A DNA stretch of 64,000 bases from assembly GCA_964016885.1 (NCBI GenBank), contig OZ024741.1:267840001-267904000 (forward strand), written 5' to 3'. The position numbers were made by a program, and so were the translations under genes. Below the pieces are notes generated by a model. That model was given only the letters and a program-made list of their open reading frames with translations. It searched no databases and was not told the origin of the DNA. Source of the stretch: Eledone cirrhosa. Its lineage: Eukaryota. Positions 12,303-27,560 of this stretch are shown here, one piece after another (within the stretch, counting starts at the first letter, position 1; the number at the start of each line of letters is the position of its first letter).

Positions 12303-12639
12303 ACATTAAACCAATTTCAAAACTGTAAAAAATTGACTTTTTTTTTTTTTTAGAAATTTCTATAATTTCCTAATAAACAACTTTCTGGTCACTAGTTGGT
12401 AGACAGGTGTGTCTGAAAATATGAGAATATTAAGTAAAAATAGGATATTTGTTGTCAGTTATGTCAGAATGTCAACATTTCAATAGTTTTAGTTTTGTCA
12501 AATTTACAGTGATCTATTCCCAGTATTTTGTTGATTCCCAGTATAAGTTAATATTTATAGTTTCTACATAAAATATAATGACTCAAAATATTAGTGTAAT
12601 ATCTGAACATCTAGAACCTATTATAATAGAGCAAGTAAG

Positions 12640-13500
12640 TAAAAAATTGAAAAGTGGGTGCCCAATGTCAGTTATAATATTTTTGGAGCTCCTTTGGTTT
12701 CAGTGGCTGCTTGAATATGTTATAGTATAGAAGAAACCAACCTGTGACATACTCAGGTGTGATGGAAACCCAAGTGATCTTGATAGTTACCTTCAGCAGG
12801 TGATTTACCTGACCAAAACAGATGCATTAATCTGATGATCAACAAACCAGATAATGGTTGTTTTGGTACTGTGCAAAGGTGCCAAATAATACTGGGACAG
12901 AAATTCTATGTCACAAAATAACCTGTTGACTTATGGAAGTTTGAAGTGCTCCAAGATATCTGGGTAAAGCACTGTTTTGACTGTGAGTCTGTAGAAGCAT
13001 GATGGCCCAACACCTGCATATGACATGGCCCCACAAACTATCACTGATTCTGAGAATTTGATACAGCTTGGTTCAGCTATGTTGGTTTTCAAATGAGATA
13101 TAGAACTTGTTCTCATGAGAAAACAATACTTTGGATCACTACTCAACCCTCTAATCCTGCTTCTCCTAGGCCTAGGTTAATTGCTTGTGGTTCTGCTTGT
13201 CATTGAGAAGAGGTTTGTTGCCAGGTACTTCACTGTTGTACCCCATTTCTTGTAGTAGCCCTTGGTGCACTAATTCCTGCCACTGTTCACTTTTACAGCT
13301 CCCTCCCACATTGTCCAGCTAGTTCTTTTCCACAATTCTGTTGAATGGGGCTGTCCCTCATACTGGTATACCTCTTTCTAACACAGCTTGCTTGTCCAGA
13401 TAGCATCTAGGAGAGATGCTTTGACAGAAGAAACAGCCATTTTTTAGATAACTGTTAAATCAGAACTATCACCCATTATTGCCTCACCACCATTTTCTGT
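12640..13500 (-). pseudogene. Degraded Tc1-family DDE transposase
   Basis: ORF 12931-13146 PSCIKFSESVIVCGAMSYAGVGPSCF..LYPDILEHFKLP, followed by an LAPLHSTKTT-like stretch, matches the Tc1 catalytic region; many frameshifts; boundaries approximate. Confidence 0.8.
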
Positions 13501-14409
13501 AAAAGAATTAAATATATTAGAAAAATAATATAAAATATTAACTGAAGGAGTATTACTCCAATGTGCTCAGACAATATTATTATAAAATTTCTGTGATAAG
13601 CAGAATTCACACATTTGTCTGTGCTCTAACACTTATTAGTCTACAGTAATCATTGTAAAAATTAGTGAGATTGTTCCTAGACTAAAATGAAGCACTACTA
13701 CTACATCTATTGTGCATAAGAATAATAAATGTTTTAAACATCTAATCTTTCTTTAGCATTCTAATTTTCTAAAATGCACTTGTATCATGTGATCATACTT
13801 TTAAGGATATATATATATATAATATATATATAATATATATATAATATATATATAATATATATATATATATAATATATATATATAATATATATATAATATA
13901 TTATATATATAATATATATATATAATATATATATAATATATATATATTATATATATAATATATAATATAATATATATATAATATATATATATTATATATA
14001 ATATATATATATTATATATAATATATATATATTATATATATAATATACATATATATATTATATATAATATATATATATATATTATATATATAATATATAT
14101 ATATATTATATTTAATATATATATATTATATATAATATATATATATTATATATATAATATACATATATATATTATATATAATATATATATATATATTATA
14201 TATATAATATATATATATATTATATTTAATATATATATATTATATATTATATATAATATATATATATTATATATAATATATATATATTATATATATAATA
14301 TATATATATATATATATTATATATAATATATATATATTATATATAATATATATATATTATATATATAATATATATATATATATATATTATATATAATATA
14401 TATATATAT

Positions 14410-14460
<51 letters not shown>

Positions 14461-15391
14461 TATATATAATATATATATATTATATATATAATATATATAT
14501 ATTATATATATTATATATATATATTATATATGTAATATATATATATATTATATATATATATATTATATATATTATATATAATATATATATATATGTAATA
14601 TATATATATATTATATATATATAATATATATATAATATATATATATAATATATATATAATATATATATATAATATAATATATATATATAATATATATATA
14701 ATATATATATAATATATATATATAATATAATATATATATAAAATATATATATAATATATATATATAATATATATATATATATAATATATATATAATATAT
14801 ATATATAATATAATATATATAATATATATATATATAATATATATATAATATATATATATAATATAATATATATAATATATATATATAATATATATTATAT
14901 ATTATATATAATATATATTATATATAATATATATATATATATTAAATATATATATTTATATATATAATATATATATATATATTATATATATTATATTATA
15001 TATATATATTATATATATATATTATATATATATATTATATATATATTATATATATATATATATATTATATTATATATATATATTATATATATATTATATT
15101 ATATATATATATTATATATATATTATATATATATATTATATATATATATTATATATATATTATATATATTATATTATATATATATTATATATATATATAT
15201 ATTATATATATATATTATATATATATTATATATATATATATATTATATTATATATTTATATATATATATATTATATATATTATATATATATATATATTAT
15301 ATTATATATTATATTATATATATATATATTATATATTATATTATATATATATATATTATATTTTATATTATATATATATATATATTATATA

Positions 15392-15436
<45 letters not shown>

Positions 15437-15485
15437 ATTATATATATATATTATATATATATATTATATATATATATATTATATA

Positions 15486-15613
<128 letters not shown>

Positions 15614-16278
15614 ATATATTATATATATATATATTATATATATATTATATATATATATATATTATATATATATATATATTATATATATATATATATTATA
15701 TATATATATATATTATATATATATATATATTATATATATATATATTATATATATATATATATTATATATATATATATATTATATATATATATATATTATA
15801 TATATATATATATTATATATATATATATATTATATATATATATATATTATATATATATATATATTATATATATTATATATATATATATATATTATATATA
15901 TATATTATATATATATTATATATATATATTATATATATACATATATTATATATTATATATATATATATATTATATATATATATATATTATATATATATAT
16001 ATTATACATATATTATATATAATATATATATATTATATATAATATATATATATTATACATATATTATATATAATATATATATATTATATATTATACATAT
16101 ATTATATATAATATATATATATTATATATAATATATATATATTATATATATATATATATTATATATATATATATATTATACATATATTATATATAATATA
16201 TATATATTATATATAATATATATATATTATATATAATATATATATATTATATATAATATATATATATTATATATATAT

Positions 16279-16423
16279 ATCTACCCCGTAAGGATGAAAG
16301 GCAAAGTCAACCTCAAATCCCGCCGAGGTTGACTTTGCCTTTCATCCTTACGCGGTAGATAAAATAAAGTACCAGTAATGCACTGGGTAATTGCTGGCCT
16401 TGTGCCTAAAGTAGAAACAATTA
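16279..16423 (+). mobile_element. 5'-truncated SINE A with a 36-bp 5' foldback inversion
   Basis: 16279-16314 is the reverse complement of 16325-16360 (1 mismatch); the normal SINE A 3' end follows. Confidence 0.9.
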
Positions 16424-16796
16424 TATATATATATATATTATATATATATATATATATTATACATATATTATATATAATATATATATATTATATATAATAT
16501 ATATATATTATATATAATATATATATATATATATTATATATATTATATATAATATATATATATATATATTATATATATATATATATTATACATATATTAT
16601 ATATAATATATATATATTATATATAATATATATATATTATATATAATATATATATATTATATATATATATATATTATACATATATTATATATAATATATA
16701 TATATTATATATAATATATATATTATATATAATATATATATATTATATATAATATATATATTATATATAATATATATATATTATATATAATATATA

Positions 16797-16865
<69 letters not shown>

Positions 16866-16886
16866 ATATATATATGATACATATAT

Positions 16887-16919
<33 letters not shown>

Positions 16920-17022
16920 CAATATATATATATGATACATATATTATATATAATATATATATATTATATATAATATATATATATATCTATATATATATAT
17001 AATATTTATATATATATATATT

Positions 17023-17067
<45 letters not shown>

Positions 17068-17128
17068 ATATATAATATATTATATATATATATAATATAT
17101 ATATATAATATTTATATATATATATATT

Positions 17129-17173
<45 letters not shown>

Positions 17174-17503
17174 ATATCATATATATATAATATATTATAT
17201 ATATATATAATATATATATATATATTTATATATATATATATATATCATATATATATATATAATATATATATATTTATATATATATATAATATATATATAT
17301 TTATATATATATATAATATATATATATAATATATATATATATATATTATATATAATATATATATATTATATATATCATATATATTATATATATATTATAT
17401 ATAATATATATATTCTATATATATTATATATATCATATATATTATATATATATTATATATAATATATATATTATATATATATTATATATAATATATATAT
17501 TAT

Positions 17504-17538
<35 letters not shown>

Positions 17539-18054
17539 ATATATATATATATAATATATATATATATAATATATATATATATTATATATATAATATATAT
17601 ATATATTATATATATTATATATATAATATATATATATATTATATATATATATATATGTTATATATATAATATATATATATTATATATATATATAATATAT
17701 ATATATATAATATATATATATATAATATATATATATATTATATATATATATATTATATATATAATATATATATATATTATATATATATATATTATATATA
17801 TATGTTATATATATAATATATATATATTATATATATATATAATATATATATATATAATATATATATATATTATATATATATATATTATATATATAATATA
17901 TATATATATTATATATATATATATTATATATATATGTTATATATATAATATATATATATTATATATATATATATATATTATATATATAATATATATATAT
18001 ATTATATATATAATATATATATATATTATATATATAATATATATATAATATATA

Positions 18055-18178
<124 letters not shown>

Positions 18179-18277
18179 ATATTATATATATATATATTAT
18201 ATATATATATATTATATATTATATATATTATATATATATATATTATATATATATATATTATATATATATTATATATA

Positions 18278-18332
<55 letters not shown>

Positions 18333-18380
18333 ATATATTATATATATATTATATATATATATATTATATATATATATATT

Positions 18381-18424
<44 letters not shown>

Positions 18425-18751
18425 TATATATATATATATTATATATTATATATATTATATATTATATATATATATATTATATATTATATATATTATATAT
18501 ATATATATTATATATATATATATTATATATATATATATTATATATATATATATTATATATATATATATTATATATATATATATTATATATATATATATTA
18601 TATATATATATATTATATATATATTATATATATATATTATATTATATATATATATATTATATATATATTATATTATATATATATATATTATATATATATT
18701 ATATATATATATTATATATATATATATTATATATATATATTATATATATAT

Positions 18752-18784
<33 letters not shown>

Positions 18785-18786
18785 AT

Positions 18787-18938
18787 GTGGTTGGTGTTAG
18801 GAAGGGCATCCAGCTGTAGAAAACCCGCCAGACAGTCCTATGCGAGCAAGACAATCACTCTTGCCTCAAGTGGGAAAACCCCTGTCCAAACCCATGCAAG
18901 CGTGGAACACGGACGTTAAACGTTGATGATGATGATGA
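18787..18938 (+). mobile_element. RTE-family 3' UTR/tail fragment
   Basis: GTGGTTGGTGTTAGGAAGGGCATCCAGCTGTAGAAAACCCGCC..CCCATGCAAGCGTGGAACACGGACGTTAAACG(TGA)n. Confidence 0.88.
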
Positions 18939-18962
18939 TATATTATATATATTATATATATA

Positions 18963-19498
18963 TCATCATCATCATGATCACCGTTTTACGTCCTTTCTTC
19001 CACGCTAGCATGGGTTAGACGGGTTGTCCTGTTGTGGGCAGTGTCTGGTTGGCTGACCGACCATGCCTTGCTCATACATGCCTTGCTCATACAGGAACTG
19101 ATCTGGCTTGATTTCTACAGCTGGATGCCCTTCCTAATACCAACCTCATTTACAGTGAGTGCTGGGTGCTTTTTCGTGGCGCCTACATGTCCACTTTACA
19201 GTGTGGGCTGGGTGCTTTTTTGCCGTGGCACCTCCACGACCACCTTGCGGTGGGGGCATATTGTCTATATGCTTCAGCTTGTACCCATGGGAGGTCGGGT
19301 ACTCTGTATTACTGCGTGACGCCAGAAGTCACGGTCATGTGTCATTGCCTTTGAGAGGTGTAATTGGGAAAGGTCGGCTTTTATCACCTCATCCCAGGTC
19401 ATCTTGGGTCTCGCCACTCCGCGGTTTCCATCAACTTCTAGTGCTCTGCATCTTTTTATGCAGCTGTCATCCTTCATACACATCACATGTCCATACCA
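18963..19498 (-). mobile_element. RTE LINE 3' fragment closely related to 11790-12302
   Basis: ORF 19274-19486 MKDDSCIKRCRALEVDGNRGVARPKMTWDEVIKADL plus the same UTR and (GAT)n tail. Confidence 0.92.
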
Positions 19499-19882
19499 TA
19501 TATTATATATATATTATATATATATATATATTATATATATATATATTATATATATATATATTATATATATTATATATATATATTATATATATTATATATA
19601 TATATATTATATATATTATATATATATATATATTATATATATAATATATATATATTATATATATATTATATATATAATATATATATAATATATATTATAT
19701 ATATTATATTATATATATATTATATATATAATATATATATAATATATATTATATATATTATATATATTATATATATATTATATATATTATATATATATTA
19801 TATATATTATATATATATTATATATATATTATATATATAATATATATATAATATATATTATATATATATTATATATATAATA

Positions 19883-19925
<43 letters not shown>

Positions 19926-20008
19926 ATATATATAATATATATATATTATATATATATTATATATATATATATTATATATATATTATATATATATATACAT
20001 ATATAACA

Positions 20009-20194
20009 CGGTGGATTGGCAGTATCCGTAGAGGGTCAGACACTATGCTTTGACGCATAGTTACGCCCCTTGCCATTCTGAGTTCAAATTGCACCAAGGT
20101 TAACTTTGCCTTTAATCCTTACGGGGTCGATAAAATAAAGTACCAGTAATGTACTAGGTAATTGATGGCCTTGTGCCAAAAGTAGAAACAATTA
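20009..20194 (+). mobile_element. SINE family A, full length
   Basis: Colinear with 8393-8580 and 59452-59640. Confidence 0.9.
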
Positions 20195-20405
20195 TATATA
20201 TATATATATATGGTAATTTTTGAAAAAGTAATGTATACACTTTTTATTTAAAAGCTTCAAAAGAACAATTTAATCAATAATATTAAAGTCTTTTGGTATT
20301 ATTGCTTATATTTTGTGATCAATCCTACCAGATACTCATTTTTAGTTCTTTATCATATTTATAATTTGGTGATAACCACTCTTAGTTATATATATATATA
20401 TATTT

Positions 20406-20503
20406 ATTAAAATAACAGATAATAAATAAATATTTGCTCTACGGTTCTTATATATTAAAATTACAGATAATAAATAAATATTTGCTCTACGGTTCTTATA
20501 TAT
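20406..20503. repeat. About 48-bp direct tandem duplication
   Basis: TATTAAAAT(A/T)ACAGATAATAAATAAATATTTGCTCTACGGTTCTTATA occurs twice in tandem. Confidence 0.85.
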
Positions 20504-20564
20504 TTGATATATATTTATCCTTATCGAGCCCTCTTTGGATTTTAGTCTTCAAATTTATTATTAT

Positions 20565-20616
<52 letters not shown>

Positions 20617-21159
20617 ATGTCTTCTTCATACAGATCTAGATTAGTTCTCAAAAAATTAAATTTGAAATGCTTTTATATTTTATATAAACTATCAGAACAT
20701 TGAGTAGTTTTTAAATTCTTTAAAAAATGTAGGAATCCGAAATGCAGAAAATAACTGTAACCACCTCTGACAGAGGTCATTTAGATCAATGGTTAAAGTA
20801 CTCAGCCGGAATTTGAGACATAGAATTCGATTGTCTGTAGCAGCTGCTGGCCGCTTTTTTCTGTCCATGGAGGTATTTTATTAACCCTATTTTCTAAGCT
20901 ATTATTTGTAGCAATTGACTGCACTTACAGTTATTTTCTAAGAATTGCTTATATATTTATTTCTTAATTATTTTCATAATTACATTGTTGCTAGAACATT
21001 TGTTTCAAGATTTGATGAAAAATCTTTTTCAAATTATATCTACTATAGTCTAAAGCAAATAGTAAAATGTTAGAATGTGGCCTGTGCTCCTTGGTATATT
21101 TATTTGTAAATTAAAGTCAGCTTTTAGTAATTGTTTTTTGTTGTTTTTTTGTTTGTCAC

Positions 21160-21605
21160 CAGACTTAGGAACAAAATCTGAAATCAAAAGGCCTCTCGGA
21201 ATGAACACAAGGAAGACGGACATGTTACTAAGTAGGAAGGGAAATAAGACCCTGATACTATCAGAGAAGTGGCCCTGCTCAATATATATAAAAAGAGTAG
21301 CTGTGTGGTTAAGAAGTTTATCTCACGCCCACATAGGTTTGGGCTCAATCTCTGCTTACTCTTTTTATATATATTGAGCAGGGCCACTTCACTGATAGTA
21401 TCAGGATCCTATTTCCCTTCCTACTTAGTAACATGTCAGTCTTCCTTCTGTTCATTCTGAGAGGCCTTTTGATTTCAGATTTTGTTCCTAAGTCTGAAAT
21501 ATGCCCTCTAGCTGTTCTAGAGTTCTAGCTATGAAAACTAGATCATCTGTATACAGGAGTTCCGGGACAGCCAGTCTTAAAACTCCTTTGATATGGCCTG
21601 AAGGG
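21160..21605 (-). mobile_element. Old RTE ORF2 fragment with an inverted (foldback) duplication
   Basis: Arms translate as GMNTRKTDMLLSRKGNKTLILSEKWPCSI, homologous to RVNLAKTKVLMSRKEDKTLIPSGKWPCSI of the 9.7-10.5 kb ORF; 21497-21605 continues upstream (FKTGCP..DDLVFI). Confidence 0.85.
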
Positions 21606-23231
21606 GACTGAAAACTTATTATGATAGAAAGAGAACTGACTGGGTGGTTTGTTGTTCTTTTCTTTTGTCAGAAAGGAAGAGAGCTTATTCTGGGGATTTC
21701 AGACAAAGCTAAATTTTTCAAGCAAGTGAAGTATTATCAGTGTTTCATCCCACCCACCTCTACCATAAATGCCTTGTAAGGTAGTGCTGCTGCCATGATA
21801 GGATGCAACCATCTCACTGTGTGAGGGGGTGGTGCTGATGCCACAATGAAAGGCACCCAGTTCACCCTTGTAAGGTGGTAGTGCTGGAGTCATATTATAA
21901 TGCTCTTACATACTGTAAAACAGTTGGTGTTAGGAAGGGTATCAAGTTATAGAAATCATGAAGCATACAAGCAAGACATAATGACCTGACTTGTCTAGTC
22001 ACAGTATGTGACAGCCTGTCTAGCCCATGCAAACATTAAAAATAGTTGTTAAATGGTGATGCTTTTATAACCAGTTGCCAATGATATTTTAAACCAGGAG
22101 AACCTTCAAAGTACTCACCAGAGACACAACCAGACACCCATACATAACAAGAAATCTATTAATTCATTCATGCATATACACAAACATTTATGCATAAATT
22201 ATACATACATGGCATGTAAAAAAATAAAAATAAATAACAATAAAAAGTAAAAAATCAGAGGGTATATATGAAACTAGCTTCATGTTGATGAGAGTGGAAG
22301 GAGGAGTGTTTGGGTTAAAGGCTGAGGGCTTGAGTAGCAGAGGTTTTCAATGCACTCAGCTATTATAAAAGCTATAATAGTAGTGACACATTCTAATGAG
22401 ATAAATATGTAAAAATATTTTAGCTTTCTTCATCACAAATGTTTATGGCAATTATTATTTAGGCTATTTAAATATCAACTCAAGTTTTCCACACTCACAT
22501 ACACATGTATGTATCGTATATTTAAGACTGTGTTCTTCCTTTTTTAAGATGGGATGGTGTTATTTAAGGAAGATTTGGCTGTTATTTCTAGTTCTAGCAG
22601 GTCAAGATCTATATAGAGGCTCTCACTCATAAACTACCTGAAGACAATATCTTCTACAGTGTCTCAATAGTCATTTTTGTCAACATTTATTTTTAAGATT
22701 TTAAGACTTTCATTATCATTTTTCTAATACACAGCTTTTGTGTTTCAATTAATTTTGAAAATAACCAAACATTTTGAGGGATTTATTAAAATAACTTGTT
22801 AGTAAGCCGATATTTAGAACATTACTTAAGAAAAATTTCTAAAATAAAATTATGATGAAATGTTTTAATATAGAGATAAACATTTTAAAATGAACAGTTT
22901 TCTATCATAAATCCAGGCTGGTTCCGGGCGGTTTGGTATCAAAGGAGTAAAGCCATTTGATTTATATCGCCAACTCAGATGGTATTTCACCTTTGCTAGC
23001 AGTTCAGAAGGCTATAGGCGATTTGACTCATCAGTAAACAAAGTTTTTTTTTTTTTTTTTTTTAGCAGTGACAAATTGCAGTTTTTGACTCATCAATGGA
23101 CTATTTGCTGCTTCTACAGTAGCTTTTATTTATTATTTTTGTTAATTTGCTCGTTGTATTTGCAACTCTAATGGTACACACCCATTTACCTACATCATCA
23201 GATTGCTATACACTACTACACCAACAATATT

Positions 23232-23635
23232 GATTTCTAATTTAGCTATATGACCAGTAAATGTTGGGGAAGGGCAAAGTTGATTAAATCAACTCCAGTA
23301 CTTGACTGGTACTTTATTTTATCGACCACAGAAGGATGGAAGGCAAAGTTGACTGTAACGGGAACAAATACTACACTAGCATTTTATTCGATGCTCTACC
23401 TGTTCTGCTAATCCACCACTCTTTTAATGGTTTCTAATTTATGCACAAGGCCAGCAATTTTGGGGGAAGGGGAAAGTTGCTATATTGACCTTAGTGTTTG
23501 ACTGGTACTTTATTTTATTGACCCCAGAAGGATGAAAGACAAAATAGACTTCAGCAGGATTTGAACTCAGAATGTATAGAGCCAGAACAAATTATAATTC
23601 ACCCAATACACTAATTCTGCTAGTCAACCACCCTC
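23232..23635 (-). mobile_element. Two tandem degenerate SINE A copies
   Basis: GACTGGTACTTTATTTTAT(C/T)GACC..GAAGGATG(G/A)AAG occurs twice (about 23305 and 23500). Confidence 0.8.
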
Positions 23636-23981
23636 TACTAAACCTATAATATTAAGCAGAATGAGAACAGATATTTTTCATTATAATTTTCTTCTTGTGT
23701 AGATTCTATAAGGAGAAATTTGTTGCTTACTAAAGACCTGTAGTAAACATGATGTGAAAAGAAATGGAAGGAGATGATTGGGTCATGTGTTGAGGAAGGA
23801 TGAAGATAACTGGGGATGAGGCAGACTTATCACTAGGCTTTTGGGCTCAAGGTGCCTCAGAACATTCAGGGTGAACACTCTGGTTCACAATAATACTAAT
23901 GCAGAGTTTTGGAACAAGCATATCACCATAAATTGTCAAAATCTGAGAGTGCACCATTGAGTGTAATCATATATAAAATAC

Positions 23982-24013
<32 letters not shown>

Positions 24014-24589
24014 GGTCTACTTGGCTGGATTAGCCATTAAGCAAAATAAGCACATACTTAGGGCACCACGGCATCAAAGGAAGCAAGGTACCATAATCAT
24101 TTAAATGCTTAGGACCCTATAAGGATGTAATCAAACCCTAATTTTTACCACTCTGTGGTCATCTGCACCTATATATATGTGTGTGTGTATTCCAGCACAT
24201 GAACTTTGCAGTTATTTAGTTTATGTTTGGACTGTGTGTGTGTGTATCAGTCCAAATCTTACAGGGAAAACAGATGTTAAACAATGATGATGATCATCAT
24301 CATTGTTTTGCACCTACTTTCCACGCTGGCATTGTCACAGTTTAAAAGAACTTTGTCGCACTTGTACGTTCCATTTTTGGTATGGTTCTATGGCTCTGTC
24401 TTTGCAATCTCTTCACTGAATGTACTGGGTCCTTTTCATCATAGCACCAGCAATATGGGGGTTGTTATGTCCTCACTGTGATTAAATAGATCCTTTCAAT
24501 CTACAAGAAAAACTTTACCTACATAGTTTTTTTGGCCTACTAGAAATAGCAATCAAATCTTCTTGTTACTAACCATTTCTTTCCTAAGC

Positions 24590-24820
24590 TTGGTGGTTCA
24601 TCAGCATTAAGTGACTGAGAGTACAAGACTGCCTCCTGGACAAGATGCCAGTCTATTGTAGGGTTAACTTCCAGCCATTGTTGGCACTCCTTTTCAGTTG
24701 AGTGTAGTGGAGCAATGTGATGTTAAGTGCTTTGCTCAAGAACAAAATGCACCACCTTGTCCAGGAATCAAGTTCACAACATTATGAACATAAGTCCAAC
24801 ACTAACCACGAGGCCATATA
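24590..24820 (-). mobile_element. SINE family F
   Basis: GTGGAGCAATGTGATGTTAAGTGCTTTGCTCAAGAACA..CCAGGAATCAA..CTAACCAC is the reverse complement of the family F head/core. Confidence 0.7.
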
Positions 24821-25007
24821 CATTCACTGTTACACTGTACTATCTTAGAAAAAAAAACGAAATTACACATTGATAAGATTTTAAAAAATGACAGGATGGT
24901 TATAGGTTGCTTGGATTATGGATGACCTGTGTTAAATGACAGCATATTTTCAATTTCATTTCATGGACCCTTTCATAGTCACACCCAGTTGCAAATCACT
25001 GTTCTGT

Positions 25008-25444
25008 CAACCCTTTTTTTACCATATTTCTTATGAATGACACTACCAATATGTTTCAAATAATTTTGAAAATAAGAAACTATTTGGAGGGAATTAGTAA
25101 TATAAACTTTCTCATTATTAAACTGGAATATAACAAAGTTCCTTCCATAAAATTATAATTGTTTCTACTTTTTGGCACAAGGCCAGCAATTACTGGTACT
25201 TTATTTTATCGACCCTGTAAGGATGAAAGGCAAAGTTAACCTCGGCGGGATTTGAACTCAGATCATAAAGGGACATAACTATGCTAGAAAGCATGGCGTC
25301 TGATCCTCTACCGATACTGCCAATTCACCAACCTTCCATAAAATTATAATGAAAGACCTTTAGATAAATATAAATGCTTTAAAATCCAGTTTTGTATCAT
25401 AGAATCAGTTGCTGTTTCATGTGGTTTGGTATCAAAAGGGTTAA
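25008..25444. mobile_element. piggyBac-like MITE interrupted by a SINE
   Basis: CAACCCTTTT..ACCATATTTC start and GGTTTGGTATCAAAAGGGTTAA end; internal sequence shared with 22.72-22.95 kb and 51.94-52.51 kb. Confidence 0.65.
25160..25331 (-). mobile_element. SINE family A with 19-bp TSD
   Basis: CCTTCCATAAAATTATAAT at 25141-25159 and 25332-25350 flanks a reverse-strand SINE A. Confidence 0.92.
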
Positions 25445-25728
25445 ACTATATTTCAATTTAGTTGTTCTTCCTCTATCCCATTTAAAATATGCAGCTTGAA
25501 GATTTTAAAGTGTATAGTATTTATTCTTAACCCTTTTTATTTATATATGTATTGTATAGTTGGTTTTATTTTTCATTATTGGAAAGTTTTCATATATTAT
25601 CAGTAACATTTCCACATATAAAAATAGATTTGTACCAAGATCTTCATTATAAATTACTTGTTCTACATATAAATCTATTGTTACTATTATGATTAACACC
25701 AGCTAACATATATCTCTCTCTCTCTCTC

Positions 25729-25771
<43 letters not shown>

Positions 25772-25855
25772 CACTTTGTATTCTCTTAAATTATTTCTTA
25801 CAGTGTTCATTCAGTAAGTTTTGTGTCTGGCCTTCTTTTATTATTTGGATAAAAG

Positions 25856-26283
25856 GGTAGTAGATTAGCATAATTGGTAGAGCATCAGACAAAATGCTTT
25901 TTTGTGCTTAGTTACAACTTTCTGTATTCTGAGTTGAAATCTTGTCGAGGTCAACTTTGCCTTTCATCTTTCCAAAGACCAGTCATGTACTGAGGTGGAT
26001 GTAATTGACTTTCCCTACAAATTGTTGGCCTTGTGAGTAAATTAGAAATCCTTATTTGGATAAAAGAGGGCTGTGAATTGGCCAAGTCATTGCAACATCA
26101 GACAAATACTTAACAGTATTTGTTCCATCTCTTTATGTTTTGAGATCGAATCCCACTGAGGTTGACTTTGCTTTTCATCTTTTGGGGTCAATAAAATAAA
26201 GTACCAGTAAAGTACTGGAGTTGATTCAACCAACTTTCTCTTCCCTCTCAAATTGCTGGCCTTGTGCCTAAAATTAGATGTTA
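25856..26283 (+). mobile_element. Two tandem SINE A copies separated and flanked by the same 15-mer
   Basis: TTATTTGGATAAAAG at 25841, 26052 and 26284. Confidence 0.85.
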
Positions 26284-26589
26284 TTATTTGGATAAAAGGT
26301 TGAATGAAATGGAATTTTTTTTTTTTTCTTAAGCAGAGTAGTGTGGGGGCATAGTGTGTATATGAAAATTTTATACTTTAACACTTTTGAGACAACCCTA
26401 TGTATGTTTTAGTTTCAAACCTTGATTTAGGCAGAACTTCATAGATTCTGTGGTCAGTTCTAGTAGATTTTTTTTAAACTTTTATATATTTATTTTTAGT
26501 TGTTTTTTCTCTTTCTATGAGAAAGACTCAATAATATTTCCTTTTGTCTCATTTTACAGAATTGGATTTTTAAAAATACTAATAAATAG

Positions 26590-26915
26590 GCATAGTTGAG
26601 TATTTAAGAATTTCACATTGCAACAACCTGGTTTCATTTCCATTCCAATACGTGGCACCTTGAGCAAGTGTCTTTTATTATAGCCTGCTCAGGCTGACTA
26701 ATACTTTGTGAGTGAAATTGGTAGATATAGAAACTGTATGAAGCCCATCGGATATGTGTATGTGAACGTGTGGGTATGTGTTTGTTTGTGTCATCGTTTT
26801 ACATTTGATACTCCTAGCAGTGACATTTGCTCATGTCATGTGTAACAATAGTCTCATCCAATCTGTTGGCATGGAAGAAAATGGACATAAAAATGATAAT
26901 AGTGAAGATGAAGCA
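26590..26915 (+). mobile_element. SINE family G (tRNA-like head, GGCACCTTGAGCAAGTGTC core, RTE-like tail)
   Basis: Core ..TTGTGAGTGAAATTGGTAGA..GAAACTGTATGAAGCCC; ends GGCATGGAAGAAAATGGACATAAAAATGAT, similar to the RTE tail; minus-strand relatives at about 53420-53585 and 57490-57590. Confidence 0.65.
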
Positions 26916-27519
26916 GGTTTTTACTAATTTCAAATATAGTAGAAAAAGGTACTTCAGATTTAATGGTCTACCAATATTTATCATCTATATTTATGAAATA
27001 GTTGGTTGTCTTGATAGATTTCCTGGCTCTATTTATTATAAGAAAAGGGCTACATATCAGCTATTACTTTACAATAATATTACTCAGCAACTGCAGGGCA
27101 ACTAACTAGCTTTTGATCTTCTATGTTCTTTTAGTTGAAACAAGTCCAAAAAAGGTATATATCTTTTTCATTGCTTTCTTTGCAGATATTGTTTGTTTGG
27201 TTTTTTTTTCTTTCCTCATTATTTATCTTTAATCTTATTTGACTTAGGACCAGAAGCTGGATATGAGAGTAAAATTAGAACACGAAGATCTATTGATTTC
27301 TTTTTTTCTTTTTATACTCACTCCCAATTGTCCTAATCCTCGATGTTGACAGGCTTTTCCTGTTGCTGTGTACAGTGCATTTATGGACAATTCACTTGAT
27401 GTTCCTCACAATCCATCTAAGATAACAGATTAGTTTCCCTGTTCCACTACTTAATATATATATACATACACGCACACACAATATATATATATATATATAT
27501 ATATATGATGATGATGATG

Positions 27520-27560
<41 letters not shown>

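Noticed and set aside
20778-20850. tRNA-like sequence (TAGATCAATGGTTAAAG..GAATTCGATT)
   Set aside because: No complete cloverleaf; at most a decayed SINE head.
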